Assembly: GCF_006345805.1 (NCBI RefSeq)
Contig: NC_042997.1
Span: 5,890,001 to 5,954,000 of the forward strand
Reading direction: 5' to 3'
Length of the DNA: 64,000 nt
DNA from: Octopus sinensis
Taxonomy: Eukaryota
Shown: piece by piece, positions 13,900 to 27,835 of the stretch
How the letters are laid out: each line of letters opens with the position of its first letter
How positions within the stretch are numbered: the first letter of the stretch is position 1
Notes under the pieces: model-generated
The model's input: only the letters and a program-made list of their open reading frames with translations
Told to the model about the DNA's origin: nothing
Databases searched by the model: none
Position numbers and translations under genes: made by a program

Positions 13900-15410
13900 A
13901 CTGAATTTCAAGAAATTCAAATAGAAAGACGTGGCTATTTCTATAGGGACTTCATAGTTGAAATTAGTATATGCATCGAATTCTTCGTTAGAATTTGGTC
14001 TTAGCCGTAATAGCTGGGTTTCCATTATGAATTTGCCGAGAACCACATTTTTTCTAAATTTTTATTATTCGGACTCATTTGCGATAAATTTTACTTATAG
14101 TTTCTTCGCGGGGATGGTCGGTGTTTAATTGAACCATTTATCATATATGTCCGCTTTACCAATGTTTATAAGAAAGTTCCAAAAGGCAAATTTACGAACT
14201 GTGAAGTCCATATACGTTTAATAGTGTTTTCCATTGCAGATGTTTCTCCTTGCAGATTGATGTTATCTTCATGTTCAGAGTTTGAAATTAGTTCCGGCTT
14301 CTGGAGTATGACTATCTATAGTTTTACATAACACGTTGAATGTTTGGATAATTGCAGTTTCCTCTGGGTTTTTTCCTTCGTGCGTTTCCTTTTCGTTTTG
14401 GTGGTTTTTTCGTGCGGCATTTTCGTGCTTCATATGGTAAGTATGTATCGAAAAAGTTATTTGATTCCACAAAAGCCAAAAGGAAAGACTTAATGGAAGA
14501 AAAACGGAAGACGCATGCAGTTGTCGAAGCTCACAACCAATTATATAAAACTATAAAAGCAGTTATACTCCAGAAGCCAGAACAAAATCCAAAAACTGAA
14601 CAAGAAGATAACATCAGCCAACAACGAGTAACCTCCGCAATCGAAAACACTGTTGAACTTACTTGAAACCAAAACTTCGCAGCCCGTAAATAATGGAACA
14701 TCATTGAATATAATGGCAAAGAAGAAATATATGAAAAACGGCTCAATTCAAACTCGTGTATTCTCCCCACCCCACCAAATATACAAATAAAATTGATCAC
14801 TAATGAGTCCGAAGAACAACAAAAAGTTAAAGAAAAGATGGTTCTCGACAAATTTACAATTGAAACCCAGCTATTACGGCTAAGAGAAGATTCTAATTAA
14901 TTAAATCAAAATATATAATAATCTCAGCCGTGGACTCCCTATTAAAAAAGGGCTGCTGATACATAAGCCATATATATAGGTCTAAATATTAAGACAGGGA
15001 AGTTAGTCAAGTCGATATACAAAATTATTAAATTCAATTAATACAAAAATATACATATATTTACCTATAAAAGACCCCTTACACAGAATAGAAATACTAT
15101 CGGGACCTGAAGGGGTGGAATAAGGGTTTTACGTGTCCAACAGCTGTTTCGGGCAATCTAAGCCTCCAGAAACAGCTGTTTGACTTGTGAAACGTTTATT
15201 CAAACCCTTTAATTTCTGATATCATTTCTATTCTGTGTATGTGCGACCTTTTCATAGGTAAATATATGTAAATATTCTTTGCATTAAATTTATTTAATAT
15301 ATTTTGTGTATCGACTTGCTTATCATGCGTGTTCTTACATTTACTCCTATATCTGCTGAAATTCAGATATCTTGAGTACTACCAAGTGTATTCTATACAA
15401 AGAATCCTGT
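13900..15410. mobile_element. Three decayed Penelope-like 5' segments in alternating orientation (+/-/+)
   Basis: 13990-14370 is the imperfect reverse complement of 14500-14900 (e.g. cttagccgtaatagctgggttt / aaacccagctattacggctaag). 15000-15150 is inverted against 15170-15320. FNEICRENHIF-like N-terminal PLE motif and hammerhead remnants at 15139-15180. Confidence 0.6.
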
Positions 15411-15419
15411 CTCTAATCT

Positions 15420-15451
15420 ATATATATATATATATATAAATATATATTATA

Positions 15452-15547
<96 letters not shown>

Positions 15548-15647
15548 TATATTATATATATATATATATAATATTATAGATATATATATATATATTTTAT
15601 TATATATATATATATCCTGTCTTTAATCTCTCTCACTCTCTCTCACG

Positions 15648-15703
<56 letters not shown>

Positions 15704-15816
15704 ATATATATATATATATATTTATAGATATATATATATATATATTTTATATATATATATATATCCTGTCTTTAATCTCTCTCACTCTCTCTCACGCTGT
15801 TATAATATATATATAT

Positions 15817-15860
<44 letters not shown>
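15420..15860. repeat. (TA)n array containing a tandemly duplicated unique spacer
   Basis: cctgtctttaatctctctcactctctctcacgctgt occurs at about 15616-15651 and about 15765-15800. Confidence 0.9.
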
Positions 15861-15867
<7 letters not shown>

Positions 15868-17349
15868 AATACTATATATGCCGATTCTTTTTTATGCAGG
15901 CACCTAACAAATTTTATCTTCAAAGATGATGGTGACATACTGTCCTTCAACAGCCCAAGTACCGACTGAGCGCACCAATTTCAGTTCATTTCCCTCTTGT
16001 CGTGAGTTCAAAGCAGGTGTGTATATTATACTATATTTTCTAGCCGATCACATTGTGATAACGGAAAATTCGTCAAATCAAACTCTAGTGACGTCCGCAG
16101 TTATGTACCCGTTGTTAGGGCAAAGGGAAATACCATCCTTCACTTACTTTACTACCACCACTTGATCCGTGCACTGTTTATAGGTGCACCTCGGTTGTAA
16201 GTTAAGAATCAACGTATCGGCCGTTCGTAACTCGATTTCCCTCTTTGTATAAACCCATACTTACATAAGTAAAAGCTTATGAAATGGTAGCTAATTTATA
16301 ATATAACATCCACTTAATTACAAAGAAGTTGATTATATATATATATTTTATAAAAACTACACTTTGTAAGTATTTTATGAATTTACAAAATCGGGAATTA
16401 AGTTACTTATTTAGGTGCTGTCAGATAAGAGTTATGTTACATAATACCTGACATTTTGTCGTATGAAATTACCATACATTCAAATACAGTGCATCGTTTG
16501 AAGAATACTATATACGAAATAGTAGGTAATCTGTAAAGAGAAAGAATAACGTACTGAAAGATAAGAGAGTGATTAAAGGTGTAAGTCTTAACTATATTTG
16601 TGACGTCTGAGACGTATCCTTTTCATTATTATGTTTTGAAAAACATACAGTTGAAATATGTATATAATTGAATGAAGAATATTGTTCGCTCGTTCAATCA
16701 GTAGCAGCAGTTTCATATAAAGTGTCTTCAACCTTCACTGCATTCATGTGGAGTACAACTGATTATGTATACGATTTGAAGTAAATATCCTATGCATTAT
16801 ATTTCTTATTTCATCGACTATAGGGTGCAGTAACGAACACGCATTAACTGGTAATATAGCTGTAAGGATAGAGTTAGCTGCTACTGTAATTACATTGAAC
16901 GAAAGGCTACATTTACCAATAATTCCTTTGTAACGTAACACTGAGCAGAACCATGATGTCGTTTTAGGCTATAAATTATAAACATTAATTTTATAACATA
17001 ATTATTAACAAGTGACTACTGATAACCGTTTAATGGAGACTAATAGATATAGATATGAAAGAACAGAGACACAGCTACCAGTTATGAATGTAGGAATAAT
17101 TCATCAACTGAATGCTCAATAGTTACATTCACTTCGACTTTTCATAGTAATGAACAACGGGTACATATTGAACAAATTAAAACATTGACAACTGAATCAT
17201 CATGCGATGGAAAGCATTGTGGCAAATAATGAATTTACTTTAATTCGAAAATCGAAGACTAGTGACGCCGAGTACATTTAATCAAAATTCCTTTAAATTA
17301 TTTCATATTCAATCGGCTGAACATGAGTAATCTACGAACATTAAACGTA

Positions 17350-17382
17350 CATATGTATATGTGCATATATTATATATATATA

Positions 17383-17424
<42 letters not shown>

Positions 17425-17426
17425 AC

Positions 17427-17477
<51 letters not shown>

Positions 17478-17850
17478 TATGTATGTATGCAATATATATA
17501 CACACGTATATATATTATATATATATATATATATGTATATATATAATATATATACACATATATATGTATATAATATATATATATGTATGTATATATATAT
17601 ACAAACACACATATATATATTATATATATAGTATATATATATATATATATATATATATCTATAATATATATACACATACACACATATATGTATTATATAT
17701 ATTATATAATATATATATATTATATATATATATAATACACACTATATACCTTATATATATATATATATTATATAATATTACATATATAATACACACATAT
17801 ATATATTATATATATATATAATATATATATATTATATATATATATATACA
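17350..17850. repeat. Long compound (TA)n/(CA)n microsatellite
   Basis: Directly visible. Confidence 0.95.
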
Positions 17851-18659
17851 GACATGTATATACACACATATGTACACATACGTATCTACACACTTACAGA
17901 TATTCAACTGCATGCAAATGTATATAAGAAATGCAAATGTATGTGAGGTGCTATATGCATTGAAAATAGGAACAGAGTGAAAGTGAACGTAACCCAAGTA
18001 AAGGGAAATGGTGTCGTTATAATATGGATTCTATTATTTTGTTCCTTAAATGTTCTTAGATATACGATATCCTGAGAGAAACTCTCGGATGACAACGCAC
18101 TCTAAAAATTCCTATCTCACACAATCGAATGCTATTTCCCTATAAGAACAGAATTTCACTAAGCGGTTTGAAGAATAGACTTTTGGTACCTAATTTAATA
18201 TTTTTTGTATATCAATAAAGTCATACGTACATATCACTCGAAATATATCATAATCACTCTCATTTCTGAGTATTCATATAATAGAATATATATACATAGA
18301 TGATGACCGCCTAGGGTTGTAAGCCAAATCCAGCTTGGATAATAACACAACGACTCTCTTTAGCAATAACAAGAATCACAAATACAAGGCAAGTACAAGA
18401 CACCTGGCTTAACAGAGCAGCGAATTTTAAATACGAATTAGCTTTTTCTTAGAGGAATGTTTCGAAAATGACTAGATCTATCACATTCCTCTCGGACAGC
18501 AACACGAATATTTTACGTCCGGACACATATCTTCCCGAAACATGCAGAAAAACATACATACATACATACATACATACATACATACATACATAGGGATCGA
18601 CATACAGAAAAGCCGTAAATTGTGATAACCGATGTAGACTTTGTGGAGTTCATACTGAT

Positions 18660-19200
18660 GATATCACTGACATCAAAAGAAGATGTGCGGAAATGTAATC
18701 ACGGTAATATCTACCGATGGGACATGATGTTGTATCTAGGACATTCTTTAATGATATCCGTCAGAAGTATTATCCCGAGGACAAAGAAAGAAAATCCCTC
18801 AATATGGTAGAAGCCATAATCACCCACAATAAAAAGGAATGCTGGTGGAATGTACCAGTAAAGACCTCAATGAAATGTAAGCACAACAGACCTGATAGAA
18901 TGATTTGCGATAGAGAAGAGAAACTGTGCACAGTTGTGGAAAATAGCTGCTCACCAGATGTTAACATAAAGTTGAAAATCAGTTAAAAAAGGTAACACCT
19001 ATGCTGGGCTATTGAGAAATCTGCAGTTACTCTATCCCGATTAGAGGTTCAGGTTTATACTTGTAATTATTGGGGTACAAAATACAAATCTTTAGAAATT
19101 AGGCTTCTGAAAACCAGAAATGCGAAAGCTAATTCGAAGTCTACAGATCCAATCAATCACTAGAATTGTAAAAATCTGTAAAACTTTCCAGACGTTTTTA
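18660..19200 (+). mobile_element. R2/R4-group (RLE) non-LTR retrotransposon 3' fragment
   Basis: HDVVSRTFFNDIR...WWNVPVKTSMKCKHNRPD...KLCTVVENSC contains the HNRPD catalytic motif of restriction-like endonucleases. Same family as 59255-59505. Confidence 0.8.
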
Positions 19201-20506
19201 TTTAAATATATATAAGCATGTCAAGATATGTAACTTTATGCATAGGAGTACATACATAAAACATACAAATCTGCACATACATGCATGCGTACATGCATAC
19301 ATACATCGATACTTACGTACATACACACAAACAAAATATCCTGTTGTTGATATCGAAATTCCAGTGAAGGAATCTTGGATCTAGGTTAAAAACCAGTTCT
19401 TTCTCTATTGGCAAAAAATATTGAAATAAACTGAATAATGACATGTATAGTGTGTCGGGGAGAAAGAGCGAAAAAAACATGGCACAGGGCTGATATGTAA
19501 AACATTCTAACTATTTTCCATCTGAAATTCTTATATAGATAGATGCAGAAAATTGATTTCCTGGATCGTCGGTTCAACCAATTCACTCACTTAGAAACAC
19601 CGGCAGATCTCGTAACTCTTAACATATCACTTTGTAAACGATTGACTTCAACTCTGTCAGAAAGAGCATTAATTAGGCTCAAAGAAAAAATATCAGTTAC
19701 GCGCGCGCAGACCCCACTCCGAGACGCACTCATTGTCGAATGACCGTTGATTTACATGAATTTTTCCATCCATTAATTGACATTTCGTCCAGTCGTGTGT
19801 CAGATAAATCACCTTCCTCTCCAACCATGCTTGATAAATTTTGCCGTTTTAGTTACCTATAAACCTATCATGCGTCAGTTTGTACTGGGTGACTTGCTAG
19901 TAGAAGTACTTGAAAGCTATGAGACATATGCATACACTTTCAAAACCATGTGCACAGAGACACATACATATACACATGTGTATGCAGTCGTGTGGTCCAA
20001 TGTAAAAGTATATATAGGTATATAAACAATGGAATAAATGTTTAACTGAAGTACCATTTAATGACTTTAACAAAAGTCAGAAATGTTTCAATATTTTCGA
20101 GGAAATTTAGAGTTACTTCCAAATTTTACTTCATTGGCTGTTAGATATATATATATAATTTAGATTCAGAGGAATATGATATATAATTGAGGCACAATTT
20201 CTAATTAAGGTGATTAATATCATCTTAAGGAACAAGGATATCCAGAGGTAATGAAGTCCGATCGTTTCAAGACAACATGTTCTTTCTCTATCTCCTTAAC
20301 TTCTTGGAGATTTTAGTTATAATTATACTAAGGTGTCCATCTGTTCTAATTTCATTAAATTATATGTATTTGCGTTGCTGAAGATTGCTGGGTATTTTAA
20401 ATTGGTGTAATGATTGCATTGTTCAATTAAATGGAGTTGCATGAAACGATCGTACTGCATTACCACTGGATATCCTCGTAGCATATTTTGATGATTATAT
20501 ATATAT

Positions 20507-20554
<48 letters not shown>

Positions 20555-21448
20555 CACTCGACACTTCGGTGTCATTTTCACTATACCCACACACACAAAA
20601 TCACACACATATAGACATATACATGCACACATATGCATATTTATATATCTGTATCTACACAGATTTTACATTTGATAGTAAAAATCTAAGGGAATAATTG
20701 CAAGGTAGTTAAATGTTCTGTAAGTGCCCCAGAGTTTAAATCCGGGATAGCAAATCGTATTCAGTAGAATAGAGGAAAACTGAATAAGGAAACGAACTCT
20801 CGGGGTGTTGTTAAACCAATTATATCTTGAATTATTCTACATATGTTTTGACGGATGCTCTCCAAAAATGTCGGACAGGAAACAATTATGGTCAGCAATG
20901 CATCAGGAAGGATATAAGTAAAAAATGTTCATTAAACAGACATGTTAACAGAAATAGAAAGACCTATAAACTATAACGTGTTTATATTCATATGCACACA
21001 CGCGTAATCAAATAAGCGAGATGTAATATATAAACATTATATACGTACAAAATATAAACATCATATACGTACAGAAATCACAATGGTATACAAACACATA
21101 CATACACATTCATTAATATACATAAACATACAATTGACAATTTAACATCCTACTACTATCATAGGACTCCCGCATTATGGTCTACTTCTTCTTCTTCTTC
21201 TTCTTTTTCTTCTCCTTCTCTGCCAAGATTTCACAACGACATCGATCCCACAAGAGTAAACAAGAGAGACTGAGACAGACAGAAACAAGGAAAATGCCCC
21301 CGTATTTGAATACTATGCAGACATTCTTTTTCAAAATTTTCATTGAAATCTTCTAAAATATGTTTTCCATACAGACAGTTGAAAAAGTCTCAATGACGGA
21401 AACTGGTACAGAAGTGTTTTCTATTAAATTATCTTAGCATTTTCTACC

Positions 21449-21520
<72 letters not shown>

Positions 21521-21559
21521 TATATACATTCATGCATATGTAATTATGCATATATGGGT

Positions 21560-21960
21560 ACAAGACATCTCCAACAGTAAATAACATGAAATACGTAAAT
21601 AAAGCCCTCATCAGTTGTCGGTTGTCTGTCTACTCCTCATTTCGAGTATTGAACGAGAATATGACTCTTCGAAGACAATAAAATTTCGGAACAAAAAGAA
21701 GACAGTGGAGACATACAAGGGAACCGAACGAAGACAAACATGGAGGGATGTTAAACCTGAACGATGGTAAAATATCGAAAGCTGGAGAAATATTTTCTTA
21801 GAAAATTGAAAAGATAGGAGAGCGAGATAGGATGCATCTAGTCCTTAGGACAGAAAAGAGGGAGTGAGTGGGGAGCAAATAGGAAATGACGGCTGGATTG
21901 TAAAAATTACAATGCTGCAGACTTTTCACACGGAATTTCGTCTCTTTCTAAAGCCATGGA
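21560..21960 (-). mobile_element. Decayed interspersed repeat, probably PLE-derived
   Basis: Reverse strand has gacaaCTGATGAgggc (hammerhead 5' core only). The same gacaactgatga motif occurs at about 667-680. Confidence 0.35.
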
Positions 21961-22170
21961 CTTGACGTGAATATATATATATATATAATGGAATTGTTAT
22001 CATGTATATCAGAAAAACTATATATATAAGTCGAAACAATTTCTTGGCCTTTTAAGGATTTTATCATAATTTATATGTTATATATTATATTCATAGAATG
22101 TAACGTGATATAGTAATTTAAATAAAATTATTGGATTGTCAAATGAATATGTCTATATTAAGTTATCTTC

Positions 22171-22236
<66 letters not shown>

Positions 22237-22778
22237 GCACATGCTAGCAAGCTAGCCAGTTAAATTATTCTACTAACAACCTTGCAGAAAATTCTAGTAT
22301 TTGTTAAATATTCCGTTCGTTGTGAACACAGTTTTTACACAAGCAATTATTGCGATGAAACAGATTATAGGAATTATCAAAAAGCGGAAATGCTGAAATA
22401 CATATATATATATATAAAAAGAAATAATCCAGTATATTTAGAACGACGTCAATTTTCAGTACAAATTCTACATAATCCCGTATACTTATAAATATATCAA
22501 ACCTCGTTACAAATTCTACTTATTTTATGACATTTTTAATAGCATATTGTTTGAAATTTGTTATCATACTGTATGTAGGTAAGAGGGTAATGGTTTCATG
22601 AGTGGTAACGGTATAAACGCATTACATTCACACGCAGACATTCAAGCGATAATTTCTAAATATATATATATATATATATATTTATATAAAGAGAGATAAA
22701 TAAACTTATACTTATGTGTGGGGATTATACGTGAAATTGTGTGTATTTGTGTGCATATGTTCGTTTAAAATTGGACTA

Positions 22779-23400
22779 AGACGTCTGATCAATAAGTATC
22801 TGGGCTGTTGCCATAGTAACGAAACTAAATCATGCATTGTGAAGCCGCTTGGTTAAGATTGAACATAGACTCTATTCTGCATTAAGTTTTAAGGTTCTAG
22901 TCCAATTCTGCTGTTAACAGCAGTGCTTGGAACGAATGTGTGTAACGTGTGATCGTCGCATTAGCCATGGCAGAGAATCATCATGGCGATACCTGCTCAG
23001 AGTTCTAAGCAAAGCTGCAGAAAATATAGAGAGAGGAGTGTATGAACATCATACAAATGTATGAGTTTTTCAGACGTTTACAAGATGGTCCAAATATGTC
23101 GATATTGAGGAAAGTTCTGGGAGACCCTCAAACAGAAGAACTGAGAAGAACATGGCAGATGTGCGTGCAGCTGTTAGAGGAAATCATTGAATCATCATAC
23201 GTGAGTTATCAGAGAGTGTGCAGATTATATACAGTTTAGTTCAATCTATTATATCTCAAGATTTGTGTATGGGACTCGTGTCAGCCAAGTTTGTGCAAAA
23301 GCTGCTTTCCAAGATGACACTCGTGTTTCAGTTTTACATGATCTTGATTGTGTCAAGAACGATCAAAATAAAGTTTTATTCATCAAACAACGCATTTTTG
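22779..23400 (+). mobile_element. Mariner element, 5' half (TIR plus decayed transposase N-terminus)
   Basis: TIR-like gtctgatcaataagtatc...gttgccatagtaacg. Translation AKLQKI...MYEFFRRLQDG...RKVLGDP resembles the mariner helix-turn-helix region. Confidence 0.8.
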
Positions 23401-23930
23401 CCAACCAGTTAGAAGTTTATTCCGGTAACATAAAAATCCAGTGTTCTGGAGCTGATGACCTTTTTGAACGTACTTTCAGCATCGGTTTGATTTATGAATG
23501 CCTTCTCTCACAGCAAACAATCAAGGTGCTTGAAAAAGTGATAGGTAGCAGAAGAAAAGTCTGAGGAAAAAGCTGGGTAGGGAAGAACTTCGTAGCCAAG
23601 TTTCCTCAATTTCTGGAGCGACATTAGTGAAACGAATGATCGAGCATTGTCCTGAAGGATGATTGTCCCTCTTCTGTGTGGGACGGACGAGTGGCAGATT
23701 TTCATTCACTTTGGCAATTGTATGGCGATATGTCTCTACGGCAATGTTTTTTCCGGGTTCTATGAAGTTGTATTAGATGAGTCCAGCAGTACACCGCGAA
23801 ATAATCATCATAGCCTTCCTTTTGAAGAGCTAGGTTTTAGGGAAGGTTTTCGGTGCATCATTTTGGTTTCACCACTGTGAACAACGATTTTTATTATTGT
23901 AGAGGATCCACTTTACATCGAAAGTTACAA
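23400..23930 (-). mobile_element. Mariner (DD34D) transposase pseudogene fragment, Hsmar1/cecropia-like
   Basis: ILQDNARSFV...LQKLRKLGYEVLPYPAFSSDFSSATYHFFKHLD corresponds to HDNARPH...YSPDL.P.DYH.F. Confidence 0.85.
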
Positions 23931-24227
23931 TAAGGTCGAGAAATGAAACGGTTTGCTTACGGAGAGGAAGCGATGAGTAAATTTCGTACCTGATTTATTA
24001 TTTTTTTTTAAATACCGTGGTATCCATTTGTTGACCATTTTTGATTTTTCAATCGCATACAAATGGTTCCAGTACAAATTCCTCATGGTTCAAAGCATTG
24101 CTTACTTTTATTCAAGCTGTTTGTATGATGTAATGTAATATAAAATAATGTAATAAGATGAAATTAGTTTTAACATATATACAGTAAAATATTACCATTC
24201 GCTACACACACACTCACACACACATAC

Positions 24228-24261
<34 letters not shown>

Positions 24262-24845
24262 TTGTTTGTGTGTGTGTGCGTGTGTGTGTATGTTTATGGA
24301 GGTTTGTATATATATATTTGTGTATGTATGTATATTTATACGTATGTATGTACATATGTATGTATGTATGTATGTATATATGTATGCATGAAAGTTCCAG
24401 GCTAACGTTGTTCCACCGTTTTTGTTTATGTAGGAATGCTAAATATGAAAAAATGGACTTGCTCTACAACGGCTAATATTTTACGCTGAACTACATTTTG
24501 GATCAGATCTGTGTACTTTTAGAATGCATTCGCTGACATAAGCATATGTCTCGATCAGATAATTTTTCCTGTCTGATTAATTCATGTATAAATATAATTA
24601 TTCATAGAAATATTTTATTCAGGTACTTAATTGGCTTTTAAAATAAGAAACTTCTCGTTATTTAGTAATGCTCATTTATTTCTAATAGGAAACATTTTGG
24701 GGTTTTGATGTTTTCCCAACGTTTATTTGCACGCGAATTTATTTTGCATATATTTCTGATTATACACATGTATATATTGACTTCCAGTGGTTTTAGCCAG
24801 TGACCTGTAACGGTATTTGGCCATAATTTATGAATACTACCATTG

Positions 24846-24919
<74 letters not shown>

Positions 24920-24954
24920 ATATATGTATGTATGAATGAATTTAAATTTCTTCT

Positions 24955-25187
24955 TTTATTCTTTTATTTGTTTCACTCATTTGACTGCGGCCATGGTGTC
25001 GCACAGGGTTTAGTCGGGCAAATCGTCCCCAGGACTTATTCTATCGTTTGGTTTTGACGAATCGCCAAGTTACGGGGACGTAAACACACCATCATTGCTT
25101 GTCGAGCGATGTTGTGGGACAAAGATACACATACATACATATATACATACATACACACACACGTACGTACATACATACATACATACA

Positions 25188-25237
<50 letters not shown>

Positions 25238-25256
25238 CTATATATATATATATCTA

Positions 25257-25343
<87 letters not shown>

Positions 25344-25480
25344 CGACGGGCTTCTTTCAGTTTCTCTCTACCAATCCACACACAAGGCTTTGGACGGCCC
25401 GAGATTATAGTAGAAGACATTCGCCAGAATCTTGTGGTTGGTAAGCAAGCTACTTACCATGCCTGCGCATATATCATTTG
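24955..25480 (-). mobile_element. tRNA-derived SINE (same family as 54940-55373) with an expanded internal (CATA)n/(TA)n tract
   Basis: Collinear with the 54940-55373 copy on both sides of the tract. Confidence 0.85.
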
Positions 25481-25499
25481 GTGCCTATTTCCAACATAC

Positions 25500-25812
25500 T
25501 GGTGTGGTTAGGGCCCAGTAGTTAGGGCAGCTGACTCGCGATCGTAGGATTGCGGTTTCGATTCCCAGACCGGGCGTTGTGAGTGTCTATTGAGAGAAAA
25601 CACTTCAAGCTTCACGAGGCTCCGACAGGGGGGGGGGGTGATGATCCCTGCTGTACTCTTCCGACACAACTTTCTTTCACTCTTACTTCTGTTTGCCTGC
25701 TAGCTTAGCCTGCGGGGTGGCGTCATCTGAAGGCTAAAACAATGCGAAGCTCATTGTGACCAGCGATGTGTAGCAACATCTGATAGCCTGGTCGGTCACG
25801 GTGATCACGGTC
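25500..25812 (+). mobile_element. tRNA-derived SINE, near full length
   Basis: A-box and B-box-like head (ggcccagtagttagg ... ggtttcgattccc), then body and tail ending ggtcacggtgatcacggtca. Homologous to 1190-1350. Confidence 0.85.
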
Positions 25813-27458
25813 ATATATATATATATATATATATATACATGAGTGTGTATGTGTGTGTGTGTGTGTGCTTGATAGCATTACTACCATATTGTTCTATGTA
25901 TAACTTTTTCCAAAGGTCGTTGGGCATTGCCAACACCGATATGACACCTATTGAAACTGGAGGATATACGAGAAGCTATTACACCGAGTAGTAAAGAGCA
26001 ACAGAGCAATACAATATGGAATGCATTGAGACCGGATATGGTCCCAAAATTTGTAGCAGACCAGGTTCCGTTTTAATGTGGAGACATATGGAGCACAGTA
26101 TTAAATTTATCAGGAAAGAACATTTCAATTCCGTTAACGTGTTTTGGCAAACTACCTTGCAGGTGGTGTAGAAAAATAAACATTTTAGACACCATAATAT
26201 CTACATTGTGTTAGTATATTACTGGCATCCATTTTAAGACAATCACTTAAGTGGGATATTATTGAGGGAATCGGGAAGGGAAGCCAATGACGGAAGAGGG
26301 TAGTAGTTGTCATCCTGGGCGCTTCACCGCTTTCGACGTACATAGTTTACTTGATAGAAGCCTTGACTATTTTTATCGCTCTCAAATAAAGACTAAAAGG
26401 TATATTTGTTCCCATTGTAAAAATGGAAAAAAAGTATCTAGAATATCCTTAATTACATAGCTAAATGCAGTCTTTCTTTTTTGCTTTTGATTCTCTATTT
26501 ATTCTGTCACAAATACCCTGTATTTTATAACAAAGCAATGTTATTATCGCTTTGAAAAGCGAAGTAGCAAATAATCAAAAGATAAACGAATAAAGGAATA
26601 AAAAAATAAAAATAATAATATTAAAACGAAATGAAAGAGGAATTATCTTAAAGGCATGCAATGCATTATATATCATGTCTTCAGCCTTGTTATATTCAAT
26701 GTCACTGCTTGATTTTAATGGTTATTTGCCAGATTTTGAATGTATATTACACATAGATCAATGAAAATTTAAATTTGGCTAATTTTGTTGTCATTTACAG
26801 GAAATAGTACAATGCACTTTATAATGTAGCGTTCTATTCTACAGCCACTGAAGCTTAAAATTAGTTCAAGCTCATTACAGCTTTGGCTGCAAAGCTGGTC
26901 AGAGATTGTTACGCTACATTACTCTTTCTTGTATGTTTATGAGGATAGCAGCGCTGTGGTGTAAATATATCGGACCAGTTTAATCTCTATATTTCTATGT
27001 ATGTATGTATGTATGTATGTATGTATGTATGTACGTATGTATGTATGTATTATCTTATCGATTCTACTTTCGTAGATATTAAGTCAGTCTACATCTATAT
27101 TTGCATGTAAATGCCTTCATTTTTCAAATACCATTTCTAAAATCCCTAACCCATGTTTTCTGTTCTTCCTTTCTTTCTTTCGTTATTTTCCTCTTCCTTT
27201 ATTTGTTCCTTTCTTTCATTCTCTCCCCCCTCGTGTTATATCTATCGATCTATATGTACACACACACACATTTCTGATCAGTAAGGGATTTCTCCAAACG
27301 TTTACCGGTTTGCTCACAGTTAGGAATTCAACATATCTTATTCCGCGGTTAATATATAAATCCAGCAATAACTGTTATATGATAAGATTTTATAGATAAA
27401 TTCCGTTGGATTATTCTAAATATATTACAATAACCATATATATTTCCTGAAGTATTTG

Positions 27459-27534
<76 letters not shown>
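27459..27534. repeat. Palindromic (AAT)n-(ATT)n microsatellite
   Basis: Strand flips at 27490/27491, giving a perfect inverted repeat with 32-bp arms. Confidence 0.95.
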
Positions 27535-27535
<1 letters not shown>

Positions 27536-27539
27536 GTAA

Positions 27540-27815
27540 TAGTAATAAAGATGTGTTTAATTTATGTGAGTATTCCTTGCGATCATAGTATAGCGGCGAA
27601 AGAATTTCACAAGATCAGTAAATATAAAGACTGGCTAATAGAAATTGAAAAAAATGTGGCATCTCAAGGCGACTACAGTACCTGTGATTGTAGGAACCCT
27701 AGGGATGATAAAAAAAATGGTACTGAAACCTATTTGAAAATTATACCAGGCTTACCATCCCTACAGGAAGTGCAAAAAATCGTATGTGAAATTGCGCGTG
27801 TTATCTGGGAATGTA
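27540..27815 (+). mobile_element. R4/Dong-clade LINE 3' fragment (RLE C-terminus)
   Basis: CLIYVSIPCDHSIAAKEFHKISKYKDWLIEIEK then, after a frameshift, MWHLKATTVPVIVGTLG and YLKIIPGLPSLQEVQKIV. Confidence 0.85.
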
Positions 27816-27835
27816 TACAACGAGCTTCACTGCCC

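Noticed and set aside
15878-16250. Helentron-associated (HINE/DINE-like) element
   Set aside because: The supposed subterminal inverted repeats (aggcaccta vs taggtgcacc) match too weakly to support a call without a repeat library.
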